This document shows positions 43,678-57,783 of a stretch of 64,000 nt of DNA, one piece after another. Numbering within the stretch: the first letter of the stretch is position 1; every line of letters begins with the position of its first letter. The notes under the pieces were generated by a model that had not been told where the DNA came from, did no database searches, and saw only the letters and a program-made list of their open reading frames with translations. The stretch is from positions 57,970,001-58,034,000 of the forward strand of contig OX597826.1 in assembly GCA_951406725.2 (NCBI GenBank), in the 5' to 3' direction. Position numbers and translations under genes: made by a program. Source of the stretch: Octopus vulgaris (Eukaryota).

Positions 43678-46494
43678 CTCTAAAGCATCCTAGATGCGAG
43701 TCGGAATTATATTAGAAAGACTTAAGACAAAAAAAAAAAAGAAGAAAAACCACAGGTGAAATTCGAACCTAAGTGTAAGTAGACTCATGATCACAATGAC
43801 CACGTTGCGGAGAGAGATAGCAAATTTCTTTGCGATACATAGTAGCCTATAGTGTAACAACCGTGTCTCATCAACTATTACTTATTGTCACAGCATGCAC
43901 TAAAAAGTTTTTAAAAATGAAAGTACGAAATGAAGCATAAGACATCTTAAATAATGCTTGTTGAAATGGTAGTGGTGGTGACAGGTAGGGTGAAGATGGT
44001 TCATTTTCTTTTTCATTTTGTGAGGGTCAATGAATAAGGGAAACTGTCTCAGCATTTTTACCAAATATAAGGTCTTTTTATTTTCTATTATTAATGTCAG
44101 GATTCATTTACGTAATTTTCTTACGCAACCAAAGATTATATGGAAAATTGATGTTTAGTACTAAGTGATTGCTGAGTAGATGTGTGAAGAAGACAGGATG
44201 GTCGCGACATTCCATTCTAGTTGTGGCCATCCCGTATTCTATTCAGACAACGAATCTAGGACAACATCACCCAATGGGGGAAGAAGGAATCCGGAGATGG
44301 AGGAGGTTGCAAAAAAATTTTTATTTATATTTTTTTATTTCCGTTTTATGAAACACGAGAATGCTATCAGAAAATGAAGGTGGCGAGGTGGGGGGGTGAC
44401 TACCACCTTCCTTTCTCATGAGGAATAGGAATCCGAGGGATAACTATACCAAAACTGCTCCATCCAATGCAACCTTTTCTAAGTTGATAAGGTGACGTGT
44501 AAGAGAAATTTAGCTGCTATTTCTAGCAGATCGATCGGTCGCGTAGAGGCTAACTCGATGGTTCAGGACGAGATATTATTAGTGTGTAGGGTGGGATATA
44601 ATCAACTGCATCGAACTCAGTAAATAATTGCTAATTATTTTATCGATAGAATACTGGAAGACTGTGGAGATATCTGGCCTACTAGTTAGTTTTGATCGTA
44701 AGATTGTGGTTTCGATTCCTGGACGGGGCAACGCGTTGTGTTCTTGAGCAAAACACTTCATTTCACGTTGCTCCCATCCTCTCAGCTGGCAAAAATGAGT
44801 AATACTGCAACTGACCAGCTATAGAAACTGAGAGACTAGCCCTTAATGAGTCCATAGGGCTCGAGAAGGATTTTTTTTCTTTCTTTTTTTTTTTTACCTA
44901 GGAAGAATGAAAATCAGAGTTGGCCTTAGAGGACAAAAATTAAGCACTTGAAAGACATCAATATTAGTATAATAATTATAATAATTAATTTCTTATTTGT
45001 AACAAATTTTAGCGAGAGGAAACACTCGTTCGTATCGATCCCAGTATTTGACAGGAAGCTATTTTATCGACAATCGAAAGTATGAGATAAAAAAAAAAAA
45101 ATTGACCCCGGCGGGATTTGAACTCAGAATAAAAGAGGATGTAATTATACATTCTTTTTCTATGCTGCGACGCTCTGTCTGTTTTCCCATCGACCAACCA
45201 TAATGGTAATAAAAATGTTCTGACCAAATAATTTAGATTTTCATTATAGTTTTTAATTATCATTCTTTTTTAAAAACTTCGCCGATAGATCGACTAATAA
45301 TGCACGTATTCTTCCGAGATTGAAAAATTGAGTACCAGTAATAAACGGTGGTCAGTTTACTAGACCATACTCCGCTCTTACAAATCCCGGTCTTGTGGCT
45401 AGTCAAAAGAAATCGATAGTTTCTAGCGTGGGTCATAAAAGAAGCCTCGGATTTACTAATAAAAAGGCAAAGGAAAGGTGGAGAGGAATGGCTATAAAAT
45501 CGATAAGTCCACGGTCCTCAGTTAGAATAAGGTAAACATGAGGTGAAGAGACGTCACCTGGGAATCGAAACTACTGTCTCAAAACTTACCACTGCATCAC
45601 AATTTCAAACCCACGAGAGATCCTCGTCGTGATTGCTCGAAACAGTAGCCAATTCTTCCTCAAATCATATCTTACAGTCTTAAAGTACATATTGGGATAA
45701 TGTAGTCAAGGAAGACCCGACATAAATCAATATTGAAGTCTCATATATCCCTAAAAAAGACGGCATGGTCATAGTTGGGAGGCCTTTCATTAACCACCCC
45801 AAATTTAGATTCTTCCATGACGCATGTGAAGAAATGTTTTTGCATTGACCTTTTACAGAAAAGTTTTGTGCAAAATATTGTGCCTGTCATGACTTTACTT
45901 CAAAATATTATCAATAGTAAAGAAGGGGAGATATTCAGGGACACTTGCGTGTTTATTTTATCATCTGAGCCCAAAAATGAAAAAAAAAAATTAAAAAAAG
46001 AAATCGTTCTGAACTTGAAGCGATTCGAACCTTCAACAGTAAAGTTTCGTACGCGGGATACTCTAAGACATCCCGTTTAACGTTTTGGCTATCACGGCTA
46101 TTCCTATTGATCGGTTTAGCTATGTAAATTGACATTCATAAATTCTTCGATAAATACACAGAAATGGTCGGATTGAATTGGTATTTATATTTCATACGGG
46201 TATATATTAATGTCACAAATATGAAGTGACTCCAAATAAGATTCGAAACCTGGTTGCAAATGCACTTTACTAATAATGCTTACACCTACATCCACAGAGC
46301 CACGACACCATCCCCAATAATAATGGTTTCTTAAACAAACACGAACTCGTGGACTCGTATTTGCGAAGTACGAAAAACGAGATAGTATGACGCTGATGTC
46401 CTCCTCAATGACACTCACCAGCACATTGTGTGAAGAATTTAATTTGTAAATTATGGTCTAGGAATTTACTCAACCGGAAGTTACATACATACAT

Positions 46495-46659
46495 GGAGTG
46501 GATGTGTGGTAAGTAGCTTGCTAACCAACCACATGGTCCCGGGTTCAGTCCCACTGCGTGGCATCTTGGGCAAGTCTTCTACTATATAGCCTCGGGCCGA
46601 CCAAAGCCTTGTGAGTGGATTTGGTAGACGGAAACTGAAAAGAAGCCCGTCGTATATAT

Positions 46660-46695
<36 letters not shown>

Positions 46696-46910
46696 TTGTG
46701 TGTCTGCTGTGTTTGTCCCCCTAGCATTGCTTGACAACCGATGCTGGTGTGTTTACGTCCCCGTCACTTAGCGGTTCGGCAAAAAGAGACCGATAGAATA
46801 AGTACTGAGCTTACAAAGAGTAAGTACCGGGGTCGATTTGCTCGACTAAAGGCGGTGCTCCAGCATGGCCGCAGTCAAAATGACTGAAACAAGTAAAAGA
46901 GTAAAAGAGT
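46495..46910 (+). mobile_element. SINE family 3
   Basis: Full-length copy. Confidence 0.9.
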
Positions 46911-49169
46911 ATGTGTGTGTTTGTGTGTGTGTGTGTTCTCAGTACATAAAGTTTAAGTCATCGAGCCCCAAGACCCGGCAATGGGCAAGCCTTTTTTTCG
47001 TAAAGCGGTCTGCATGAGCCATGGCTCATCATCAGGCGGCCCACACTACTTGAAAAGTTCAAGATAAATTTTCGTTGGCTTGCCATTCAGAAAAATCCTG
47101 CGGGTCACAGTTTGGCCACGATCACCTTAGACGGAAGGATGAAACACGAATGTTGAAAAATAAAATCTGGGACAGGGATAAAGCCAAAAATTTGTAGGTG
47201 GGGAGACCGGGATAGGGACTCGATGGATGATTCGAGAAAATGTTACTGTGACATTCGGAAGAAACCTTAAGAACCAACGAGAAATGTCATTGCACGATCG
47301 CGTGACCTGCTAGACATAACAGACAAACCTTCCTTAAATCACACACTATCTTCTTAAAGAAGAAGGACACAATTGAAATGAACAATCTAATGTCTGATAT
47401 ACAAAACGATATACAAAAGATGGTCGTGACTGGAACGCCTTTGCTCACATGTCTGTCTACCAATCAGATATGAATTGAGGTTAAACAGTAATTATACATA
47501 TATGCCATCGACCTCAGAGGCGAAAGGACTATAAAATCTAGAAAGGCAAGAACGCCACAATTTCGTAGAGGAATGATAGATTTTGTCCGATGATTCTTCC
47601 CTGAAATATTACTGGTACTTAATTTATCGTCCACCCTAACTTGCTTTCAGCATCAGAGGAAGGGAGAGATGGAGGCAAAAATCGACCCTGGCGGGATTTG
47701 ACCCGGAAAGTCGATATAATTAAACACTATAAAGAAGATGGTTCGGTGCCCTACTTCACCCAACTTCTACTTCACCGCCTTTTCAACAATACATATACCT
47801 ATACCGTTGACTACAAGTCCACAAACTGTGTCTCGTAAAGGGAGTACATACGCCAATTGAACCGGTTCATCCTTCAATATATAGCTGGTACTTATCGATC
47901 CCAAAGAAACGAAAGGCAAAACTGACTTAGTAGTATATAACAATAATGTCCGAACCACAGTTTCAGTAACAATCTAAAACTAATTCTTTCTATATGAGAT
48001 ACAAGGAGGCTTAAGTTTTTAGGGAGCAAGTTAGACAATACCATTGGCACCCATTAATTAACCGGTACTTTATTTTATCGACAATAGGGAGATGAAAAGC
48101 AAAGTTGGTTTCGACTGGATTTGCTCGGTACAAGGTCAAATTTAGGTGAAAGTGAAGATGGACAAATTGCCATGTTTGATAAAATAAAGATTTCCAACTT
48201 TTAAAACTTATCAAGCAGCATGGTGAAGAACGAGGTTATAGTAGAAGACACTTGCCCAAGGTGCCACGCAGTGGGACTTGAACCCGGAACCATGTGGTTG
48301 GTAAGCAAGCTACTTACCACACAGCCACTCCTGCGAATTTTATTTTTCCCTCTTTTTTTGTGTGTGTGTGTGTAAAAACTTATAAGTTTCTCGGAAAAAA
48401 CAATAAAGAAATCAGAAACAGCATAAAACAACTTCACAAAAGTATGTAATTGCAATGTCTGTTTTGACTTCTAGAAAATTTTGAGGTATTTTGTCAGCTT
48501 GAGAGCAACCAGGATGGCCGATTATATCGAACTCCCAAAAGTTTCACTGTTACTTCATTTCATTGACCTCCGGAAGGATAAAAGGCAAAGTCGATCCCGG
48601 TAGGATTTGAACTCAGAGAATAAAGACCCTTGACAAATACCAAAGATCCTTGACAAAAACCAAAAGACTTTTTGCCTAACGATCTAGAAATCGTTTGACA
48701 AAAATATCCTTAGTAATAATACTTGTTTCCAATACAAACACAAGATTTGGAATTTGGGAGAGGGTTGCCGGCCGATTACATCGACCCTCGTGCACAATGC
48801 TATTCATTTTATCGTCTCCGAAGAATGAAAGGCGAAGTAAACCTCGGTGGTATTTGAACTCGGAACCTAAGGCCGCTTTAGCAATAATAATATCTAATAA
48901 TTACACTCTGGTATATACATAAATACATACATTACATACAAACACACATTCACACATACATGCATATACACATATGCCTACACAACATACACGCATACAC
49001 ACACTAATACGTCGACACATACACACGTATACATACACAAATACGTACATATATACATATACACGTGCATACATACAAACATACACACACATACATACAT
49101 ATGCACATACATACATACATACACACGCATATACACACATATATACAGACATATACATATGTTTTGGCA

Positions 49170-49599
49170 TACTCTCTCTCTCTTTTACTTTTTACTTGTT
49201 TCAGTCATTTGACTGCGGCCATGCTGGAGCACCACCTTTAATCGAGCAACTCGACCCCGGGTCCTTATTCTTTATAAGCCCAGTACTTATTCTATCGGTC
49301 TCTTTTGCCGAACCGCTAAGTGACGGGGACATAAACACACCAGCATCGGTTGTCAAGCAATGCTAGGGACACAAACACAGACACAGAAACACACACGCAC
49401 ATATATATATATTTATATATATACATATATACGACGGGCTTCTTTTCAGTTTCCGTCTACCAAATCCATCCACTCACAAGGCTTTGGTCGGCCCGGGGTT
49501 ATAGCAGAAGACACTTTGCTCAAGGTGCCACGCAGTGGGACTTGAACCCGAAACCATGTGGTTGGTAAGCAAGCTACTTACCACACAGCCACTCCTGCG
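49170..49599 (-). mobile_element. SINE family 3
   Basis: Full-length inverse copy about 250 bp inside the ephrin intron. Confidence 0.9.
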
Positions 49600-49852
49600 A
49601 ATTTTATTTTTCCCCTCTTTTTTTTTTGTGTGTGTGTAAAAACTTATAAGTTTCTCGGAAAAAAACAAATAAAGAGAAGACAGAAACAGCATAAACAACT
49701 TCACAACATATATACATCATTATATACATATATTATATACATCATTATATATACATCCCGCAAGATGTGAAAAAAAGCAAAATAAAACATTCGTAATTCA
49801 TATTTATAGATACATAAAATATATATATGTACAATATATACACACTACTTAC

Positions 49853-50073
49853 ATTGTGTTTGTCTTGTTCCAATAAAGTGTATGCTTAATCCAGTTAGGT
49901 TTGGCATCCGTGAAAATGTTTCCTATCCATGTATTGTAGAAAATGAGAAGAATCCAAGGGAGACCGAGTGACCACATTCGGTTACAATTTGAACGATAAT
50001 GATAGTAATGATTATTATTATTATTATTATTATTGTGATTATTATTATTACTATCAGACACCGGCATTTTCAT
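49853..50073 (-). CDS. Efn: Ephrin-family ligand, first coding exon (leader, signal peptide, start of receptor-binding domain)
   Basis: Translates MKMPVSDS-N4HN8-HYYHYRSNCNR-MWSLGLPWILLIFYNTWIGNIFTDA-KPNWIKHTLYWNKTNT(I/M). HTLYWNKTN matches the ephrin N-terminal motif (ephrin-A1 DRHTVFWNSSNPK) including the N-x-S/T sequon. The frame ends at AT|GTAAGT (GT at 49852-49851), a phase-2 donor six codons after the Trp, as in vertebrate EFNA1/EFNB1 intron 1. A or B class cannot be determined from this exon. Confidence 0.85.
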
Positions 50074-52314
50074 AATGCTTCTTTATTTTTTTGGTGTATA
50101 TATATATATATGTATATATATGTATTCCTTCTGTAATTTCTTTTACTGAGTAGTAATAATAATTAATAATAATAATTTTGATCCTGGTTAAAAAGAATTT
50201 TGTTGTGCTTGTATGTATATAAAGATGTATGTATATATATATATATATATTATATATATACTCCTTTTATGTAGTTTGATGCTGTTTGTATATCTTTCTC
50301 TCTCTCTCCCCTCTCACATAAACACTTTCTCTCTTTTACCCTTCGTTTTCAAGCGTACGTGTGTATATAATATATACACATATATACTCATACGTAGCCT
50401 ACATGAGTGTATATATATGTATATATAGGTGCGTATATATATATGTATGTATATATATAAGTTGAATAGGGGTGATGATAATGTTGTTGCTTTTTTTTTT
50501 ACTTCACTAAAGTTGGTATGTTCGTGTGTGTATGTATATTATTATATAAAGCTATATATATATATTTATAAATATATATATATATGAATATTTGTATATA
50601 AATGTAATGCGTGTGTGTAAAATTATTTGTATATATATATATTTGTATATATATATATATATATGTGTGTGTGTATAGGTATATCCTTCAAAGTCGTTAT
50701 CAGCTCCTTGTTAATAAGAACTTGTGGTAATTGTTTTCCAGAAATTGTTTTAAGTGAAATTATTACAACTTGTTTTCTTGGTTACGTTTAGATTCCTGGG
50801 AGGAGATGGAGACCGGAGATTGTGGTGGTGATTGTTGCTATATATTTTTCCTTTTTCGACAACGGTGTCGTCGTCTCTCCTTCTCTCTCTCTCGTCGTCG
50901 TCGTTGTTGTTTCTACTTTTCTTTTTCTCTCACACACACACACCACAAACTGCAAGAAAAGAAAAAAGAAGAAAAAAGAATACACAGAGAGAAAAAAAAT
51001 TTGTTTGATATGTGTCTAATATTAGTTTTTCCTTGTTTCTTCTCGAAAAAATTTTTCTCTTCTTTTAAAACTTAACAGTTAAAAAAAAACACAGACAACA
51101 TTGAAAAAAAACTGTCGTCTGCGTTAGGTTAAAAATTTTCAGAGAACGACGACTTTTAGTTAAAAGCAAGACTGATAGAGAGAGAGGGGGGAGGAGAGAG
51201 TGAGAGAGAGAGAACTGCGTGGTTATGTACTCCAGCGACACACATACATAGATTAACATACACACACACACACACACACACATCGCAATATATCTATGTA
51301 TACGTATACGACTGACACGCGTGCGCATACACACTCACACACCCACATAAATATATACACACACACATATACATATATATATATATATATATTTATATAA
51401 AGATAGACGTATACATAGGACACACTTACAGATATACAAACCCTCACCGCCTTCTGTCTCGCTCTCGCTTTTTATTCTCTCTTACTTTCCCTCCTTCCTT
51501 TTCTTACTTTCTTTTTCTCCTCTTCTCTCGTCCATTGAACTATTTAGCAACTCTCTCTCTCTCTCTCTTTCTATCTCCTTTTCTCTCTCTTTCCACTTAA
51601 CTATTTATATACTTTCTTTCTCTCTTACCTCTACTTAACCGTTTACTCACTTTCTTTCTCTCTTCCGCCTTTTACCCTCTATTTGTCTCCTTTCCCCTCT
51701 TTTTCTCTTTGTCACCTTTATTATACTTGTGTACGTGCGCACTCCTATACATATACATCCTTTTCTTTTTCTCCCTCTCTATTACTTAATGTTAGTCTTC
51801 CTTTTTCTTTCTGACTGACCCTTTTCAATCACTCTCTTTATCATTCATACTTATTTCATATAATTACACCGTTATCCTTTCTTTCTCACTCCTCTCTCTC
51901 TCACCCACTTTCTATTTATCTGGCCTTCTCTCTCTCTTTCACACTCTCTCTCTCTCACTCTGTCTTGCGCAGTCTGTTCTCCCTCTCTTCTTCCTTTCCT
52001 ATTCTTTTTATGCTTCTTCCTGCCCCCCTTTCCCCAGTCTATACCTATCGCTCTTTCTCTTTTCCTCTCTTTCAGTCTATCAATCTGCTGCAACAGTCCT
52101 TTCCACTCCCCCTCTCTCAGATTCATTTACTCTCTCTCTGTCTCTTCTTTTATCTATACTCTCTCTTTCACTTTTCCGTTGTCTGACTATTTTTCACTTT
52201 CTATCTCGTTCTCACTATCTCTAGATACATTTGTTTATCTCTTATTACTTTCGCTCTTCTCTATATATATTTCCTTCTCTTCTCTTATCTTCACCACACT
52301 GTCTCCTCCCACAC

Positions 52315-52393
<79 letters not shown>

Positions 52394-52539
52394 GTTTATC
52401 TGTCTGTCTGTCTGTCTATCTTTACTTTTTGAAACGACTACACGTGAAGCAGTTTACTCGAAAGGAATGCAACAATAGTTTTGTGAGATGCACGGAGTTT
52501 TGGAAGTTAAAATAAGGATCTGTAGTCGACACCACCACC

Positions 52540-52575
<36 letters not shown>

Positions 52576-53395
52576 GCTACTACTACTACTACTACTACTA
52601 GTTACAACATTAGCTGCGGTCGTTTTATCATTATCTTACAGTGAGTAAAAAGTAATGTGACTTAATTGTGTAACAATTAGCAAAATAATGAGGCTTTCGA
52701 CGTTTCTTACACAAGTGACGGTATGCGAGATGCTGTTGTGATGTTAATGGCTTTTCGTTTTTCCCCTCCCCTTCTAATTGATGCTTAAAATCATCCACAG
52801 CAACTTGGTCGCGACCAAGTGGTGATGAATGAATTGGTTAGCGGTGGTTCCAAAGTGAGAATCGAAACCGGGTTCGCTAAAAATTCGGTTCACACAACAA
52901 GAGTAGAAAGAAAGAGGAGAATGAAAGAAAACAACGAAGATATTATAGAACTTTTTTTTTTTTACTGTTAACAAGTCCAGACGGAAGAGAGAAAAGGAGA
53001 GAGAGAGAGAAAGGAGAAGGGAATAAGAGAAGAATAAAAGGAGAGAGAGAGAGAGAATGTAAGCAGAAATAGCGGGAGGAAGAATCAGCAATCGAAGTTA
53101 TGTGGTTTGTTCTTTTGTTATTATTATGATAGCGATGATGATGATGATGGTGGTGGTAGTAGTGGTGGTGGTGGTGGTGGTGGTGGTGATGATGATGATG
53201 ATGATGACGATGACGACGATGATGACGATGATGATGATGACTAACTATATTATTAATATTACTGAGCGTGTGTTTCTGATTGAGTGAAAAAGCACATATC
53301 TATGTAGTTATACGTATTGTCCGTGTGTGTGTGTGTGTGTGTATGCATAAGTGTTATATTTATATATATGCGTGTGCGAGTGTGTTTGCGTGTGC

Positions 53396-53438
<43 letters not shown>

Positions 53439-54111
53439 CGTGTTAGTTTTCGCCGCGCTGGTTTGGGATTTTCGTTCAAGATAGAAAGAAAAACAGAAAA
53501 CAGACCCATAAAGAGAAGGGCGGGAAAGAAGGAAATGCTGATGGATATATATTTGCGTGTGTCCTGTATGTGTGTGTCTATATATTTCCACCCGTTTCTT
53601 GAGTTTGTTTGTAATATCGGGTAGAAAACAAAAAGAAAACCAACAACAAACACCACACCAGAATAAAATAATAAAATAGAAAATATAAACGGAAACTCCT
53701 CTCATCCAAAAGTATGTTTACGCACGCAACGGTCACATTGATTTTAGCTATCAATCTATTTAGACAGATGGAGATTTATAACTAGAATATTTCCTCTTTT
53801 CCTTTACTTTCCCGTTGTTTTCCTTTCGTTTTCTTTTCATTTCTTTCTTTTCCTTTGCTTTTTTTTTTTTGTGTGTTTTTGCTTTACTTTTAAACATGTA
53901 ACTTTTGATAAAAGGTCTATGAGATGTGGTGATGTTCAATCAAGCCTTTGTCAAGAAGTTTTAATAAATGTTTTCAAAATCCCGCTCGCTCGATCTAAAA
54001 AAAAAATCTCATACCGGCATTCGAATGAAACTACAACCGATCGCTGAATCGTCTCACACGACACGGCACCCGCTGCAAATAGATAGACAGACAGATAAGA
54101 TAGGTGGGTAG

Positions 54112-54164
<53 letters not shown>

Positions 54165-54994
54165 AATATAAGAGAGTGTTCACTATATTGATCACTCTAG
54201 CACCAGTTAATCCAAGAGGTTTCAACCACGAAAAATACATGTTTCCCATGAAAGCCGGTACGACTGTTAGCTCACACGGACAGGGCAAATAAAAAATAAC
54301 AAAAATACAGATTATCTTGGGACAATTGTTTCGCTATTAATGAATTAAATGTAATTAAATGTATTAAATGTATTAAATGAATAATTATATATATATATAT
54401 ATATATATATAAAGATAGGTAGGTAAGTAGGTAGATAGGTAGGTAGGTAGGTAGGCAGGTAGGTAGGTAGGTAGGCAGGTAGGTAGGTAGGTAGGTAGGT
54501 AGGCAGGCAGGTTAGGTAAGGTAAGGGAATTAGGTAAAATGTTTAAATAAGAATAAGAATGGAACAAGGGACGGTTGGTAAAAAGAAAAAAAAAGTACTC
54601 GAATGAAAGAAATAGTGGGGTTGAAAAGTAGAGAGGTAAGCAAAGGCTGGACCACCTACTGTTCCTTGGGCCCGGTTGGATGGCAAGCTAACTGGCTGGA
54701 GTGATGGATAGATGAATGGAAAGACTGATTGTCGGATGGCAAACTGGCAAGCTGGTTGGCTGGCTGGCTGGCTGGTTGGCTGGCTGGCTGGCTGGTTGGT
54801 TGGTTGGTTGGTTGGCTGGTCGGTTAGTTGGCTCGCTGGCTGGCTGGCTGGATGTTTGGATGGATTGTCGGTTTGATAGGGGGTAGATTTGTATTAGGTG
54901 GTCAGTCGGATAGTTGGATAAGGTTTGTTAGGCTGGATTTTTTGTTGTTTTTTTTTTGTTTTCTTTTGGTTTAGGTAGGTACGGATGGGTTGAT

Positions 54995-55045
<51 letters not shown>

Positions 55046-56478
55046 AAAAAGTTGGATGGATGTAATCAGTTGGATAAATGGATGGATGGATGGATCGATG
55101 GGTGGATGGATGGATGGATGGATGGATGGATGATGGGTATATAAAGACGGATGGATCGATGGAGTCCAGACTGCCGAAGAAACAGCAACAAAAAAAAAAA
55201 CCAACAAAAAAAATGTAATTGTGACGGAAATGATAGCCAAACAAACCGGAGACGTCTACGAAAATTTTGGCAGTGGTTGTTGATAGCGTCTTTGCGTTGA
55301 TGGTGATGATGATGATGATGACGATAATGATGCTGGTGCAGCTTCTAATACTACTACTACTACTGTTGCTGTTGCTCTTGTAGTTGTTGTTGTTGTTGTT
55401 ATTGTTGTTGGTAGTGATGATCCTACTGCCGGTTTCGCTCACTGTGGTCGCGGAACTGGTAAAAAGAAAAAAAAAACACCCAGCCGCGACAATATTTTAT
55501 TTATTTATTATTATCATTATCATCATTATTTTCATTATTGTTATCATTATCATTATTATTTATATTATTATTATTGTTGTTTTTGTTGTTGTTGTTGGTG
55601 TAACACTGGTAGTTGTAGTAGTAGGTATTGTTGTAACGGCCGTGGCATAAGTGGTGAGGTATGGTGTTGGTGGTGGTTGTGGTGGTTGTGGTGGTGGTGG
55701 TGGTGGTTAACGGTAAGAGGTGACTGACTGACTGCGAAGTTGTGGCTTTCTCTCTCAGTTGTTCTGTTAATTGTTGCTGTTGTTATTTTACTATAACGTG
55801 TTGTTTGTGGTGATGATGACGATGACGATGATGATGGTGATGATGGTGCTGGTTGGGGTGGTGGCGGCGGAGGCGGTACTGTTGGAGGTGGAGGAAGGAG
55901 GGGATGTCTGGAGAGAAAGATGGACGATGTTTTCTTTTTTTTTCTTCTTCTTTTCTGTCTTTTTTTCTTTTATTCCTTCTCTTTGTTTATTTTTAAAGTA
56001 TCAGCGAACCAACCCCGCTGCAGTAACGAGTTAGTGTGATAGTGGTGGTCGCAATGTTTATAGTGTTGTTATTATTGTTGATGTTGTTGGTAGTGATGAT
56101 GATAATGGTGATGATGGTGGTGGTGATGGTGGTGGTGGTGGTGGTGGTGGTGGTGGTGGTGGTGGTGATGGTGATGGTGGTGGTGGTGGTGGTGGTGGTG
56201 GTGGTGGTAGCAAGCGGCGCTGGTTTACTGTCCGTAAATTGGTGGCAGCGAAGGTGATGATTTGTGGACAAAGATGACGACGGTGAATGAGGATGATGAT
56301 GATGATGATGATGGTGGTGGTGATGGTGGTGGTGGTGGTGGTGGTGGTCGTAGTGATATTGTTATTGTTGTTGGTGTTGGTGTTGGTGATGGTGGTGGAG
56401 TCCCGGCTAAGTCCTTAATTTGGCAGCGACAGTGGCGGCGGTAGTTGGGTGGTGGCGAAGGTAGTGGCGGTGGTAGTG

Positions 56479-56514
<36 letters not shown>

Positions 56515-57365
56515 AAGATGGCGGCGGTGGCGGCGGCTGGCGATGGAGTTTTGTTAAAAGAACGTTGGTTTGAGCCGTTCGTTAGTGTTTTAGTAAAAAA
56601 GGTTTAAAATACTGTGGTTACTGGTGACAGACAACAACAACAACTACAACAGCAACAGCAACAACAACGAAGACGATAACGATGTTAAAACTGTGACGAC
56701 GACGATGATAATAATGATGATGATGATGCTAATGATGATGATGATGCTAATGCTGATGATGATGATGATGATGATCACAACGACGACTACGACGACGATA
56801 AACAAACGTAGTAAAAATGATAGTTATTATATATCAGTTTTTTGGCAAGAAAGGGCGGCTACAGACTTGTGTTTTTGTTTTTGTTTTTTGGTCTCTTCTT
56901 AATATTATATACACACCACGCGCATTTCATTTACGATCCCGACGACGACTAAAGTAACTTGCGTTGCGTACGATACGCACCTTGCTGCTCGCTCGCTCGC
57001 TCTATCGCTCGCTCGCTCTATCGCTCTCACTCCACTTCTTAAACTCACACTCTTTTCTCAGTTTCATTCAAATTCACTCCAGCTTTTACTCTCTCTCTCT
57101 CACCTTCTCGCAGTCGTTCACTCATTTTCCTTCTCTTCCTCCTCATCTTATCTCATCTTATTCTTATTCTTCTCTTCTCTCTCTATTATCATTATGTTAT
57201 ATTTTTTTTCCTTTCCTGTAACAACCGGCGCTACGAGTCACCTAATGCTTTGCTTATTTGTTTTTCGGTTTATCTGTGTGTGCGTGTCTTCTAGTATTGC
57301 TTTACGCACCGTCTCCATGTATGAGTGTATCTATGTGTATATGTGTGTGTATATGTATATGCGAG

Positions 57366-57399
<34 letters not shown>

Positions 57400-57743
57400 A
57401 ATGTATGTATGTATGTATGTATGTATGTGTATACTATATATATATAATGTGTATATGTGTATACTATATAGATGTATGTATATATATATATATGTATATA
57501 TATTTAAAGGTATATATATGTATATGTATATATATGTATATATTTAAATGTATATATATATATGTATATATATATGTATATATTTAAGTGTATATATATA
57601 TATGTATATAAATATATATGTATTTATATGTATATATATGTATTTGTATATATTTATATGTATTTATATGTATATATTTATATGTATATATATATATATG
57701 TATTTATATACACATGTGCATATATAAACATATATGCACATGT

Positions 57744-57783
<40 letters not shown>

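Noticed and set aside
46975-47127. Possible decayed hAT MITE
   Set aside because: Termini too degenerate and no TSD.
48120-48200. Minus-strand ...MAICPSS... as ephrin exon 2
   Set aside because: Lacks the F...D.L.I.CP context and a phase-compatible acceptor, and runs into a SINE remnant.
55384-56902. Poly-Val/Met/Thr/His ORFs that look like low-complexity or membrane proteins
   Set aside because: Trinucleotide repeats; frames are short, stop-interrupted or lack ATG, and show no domain.
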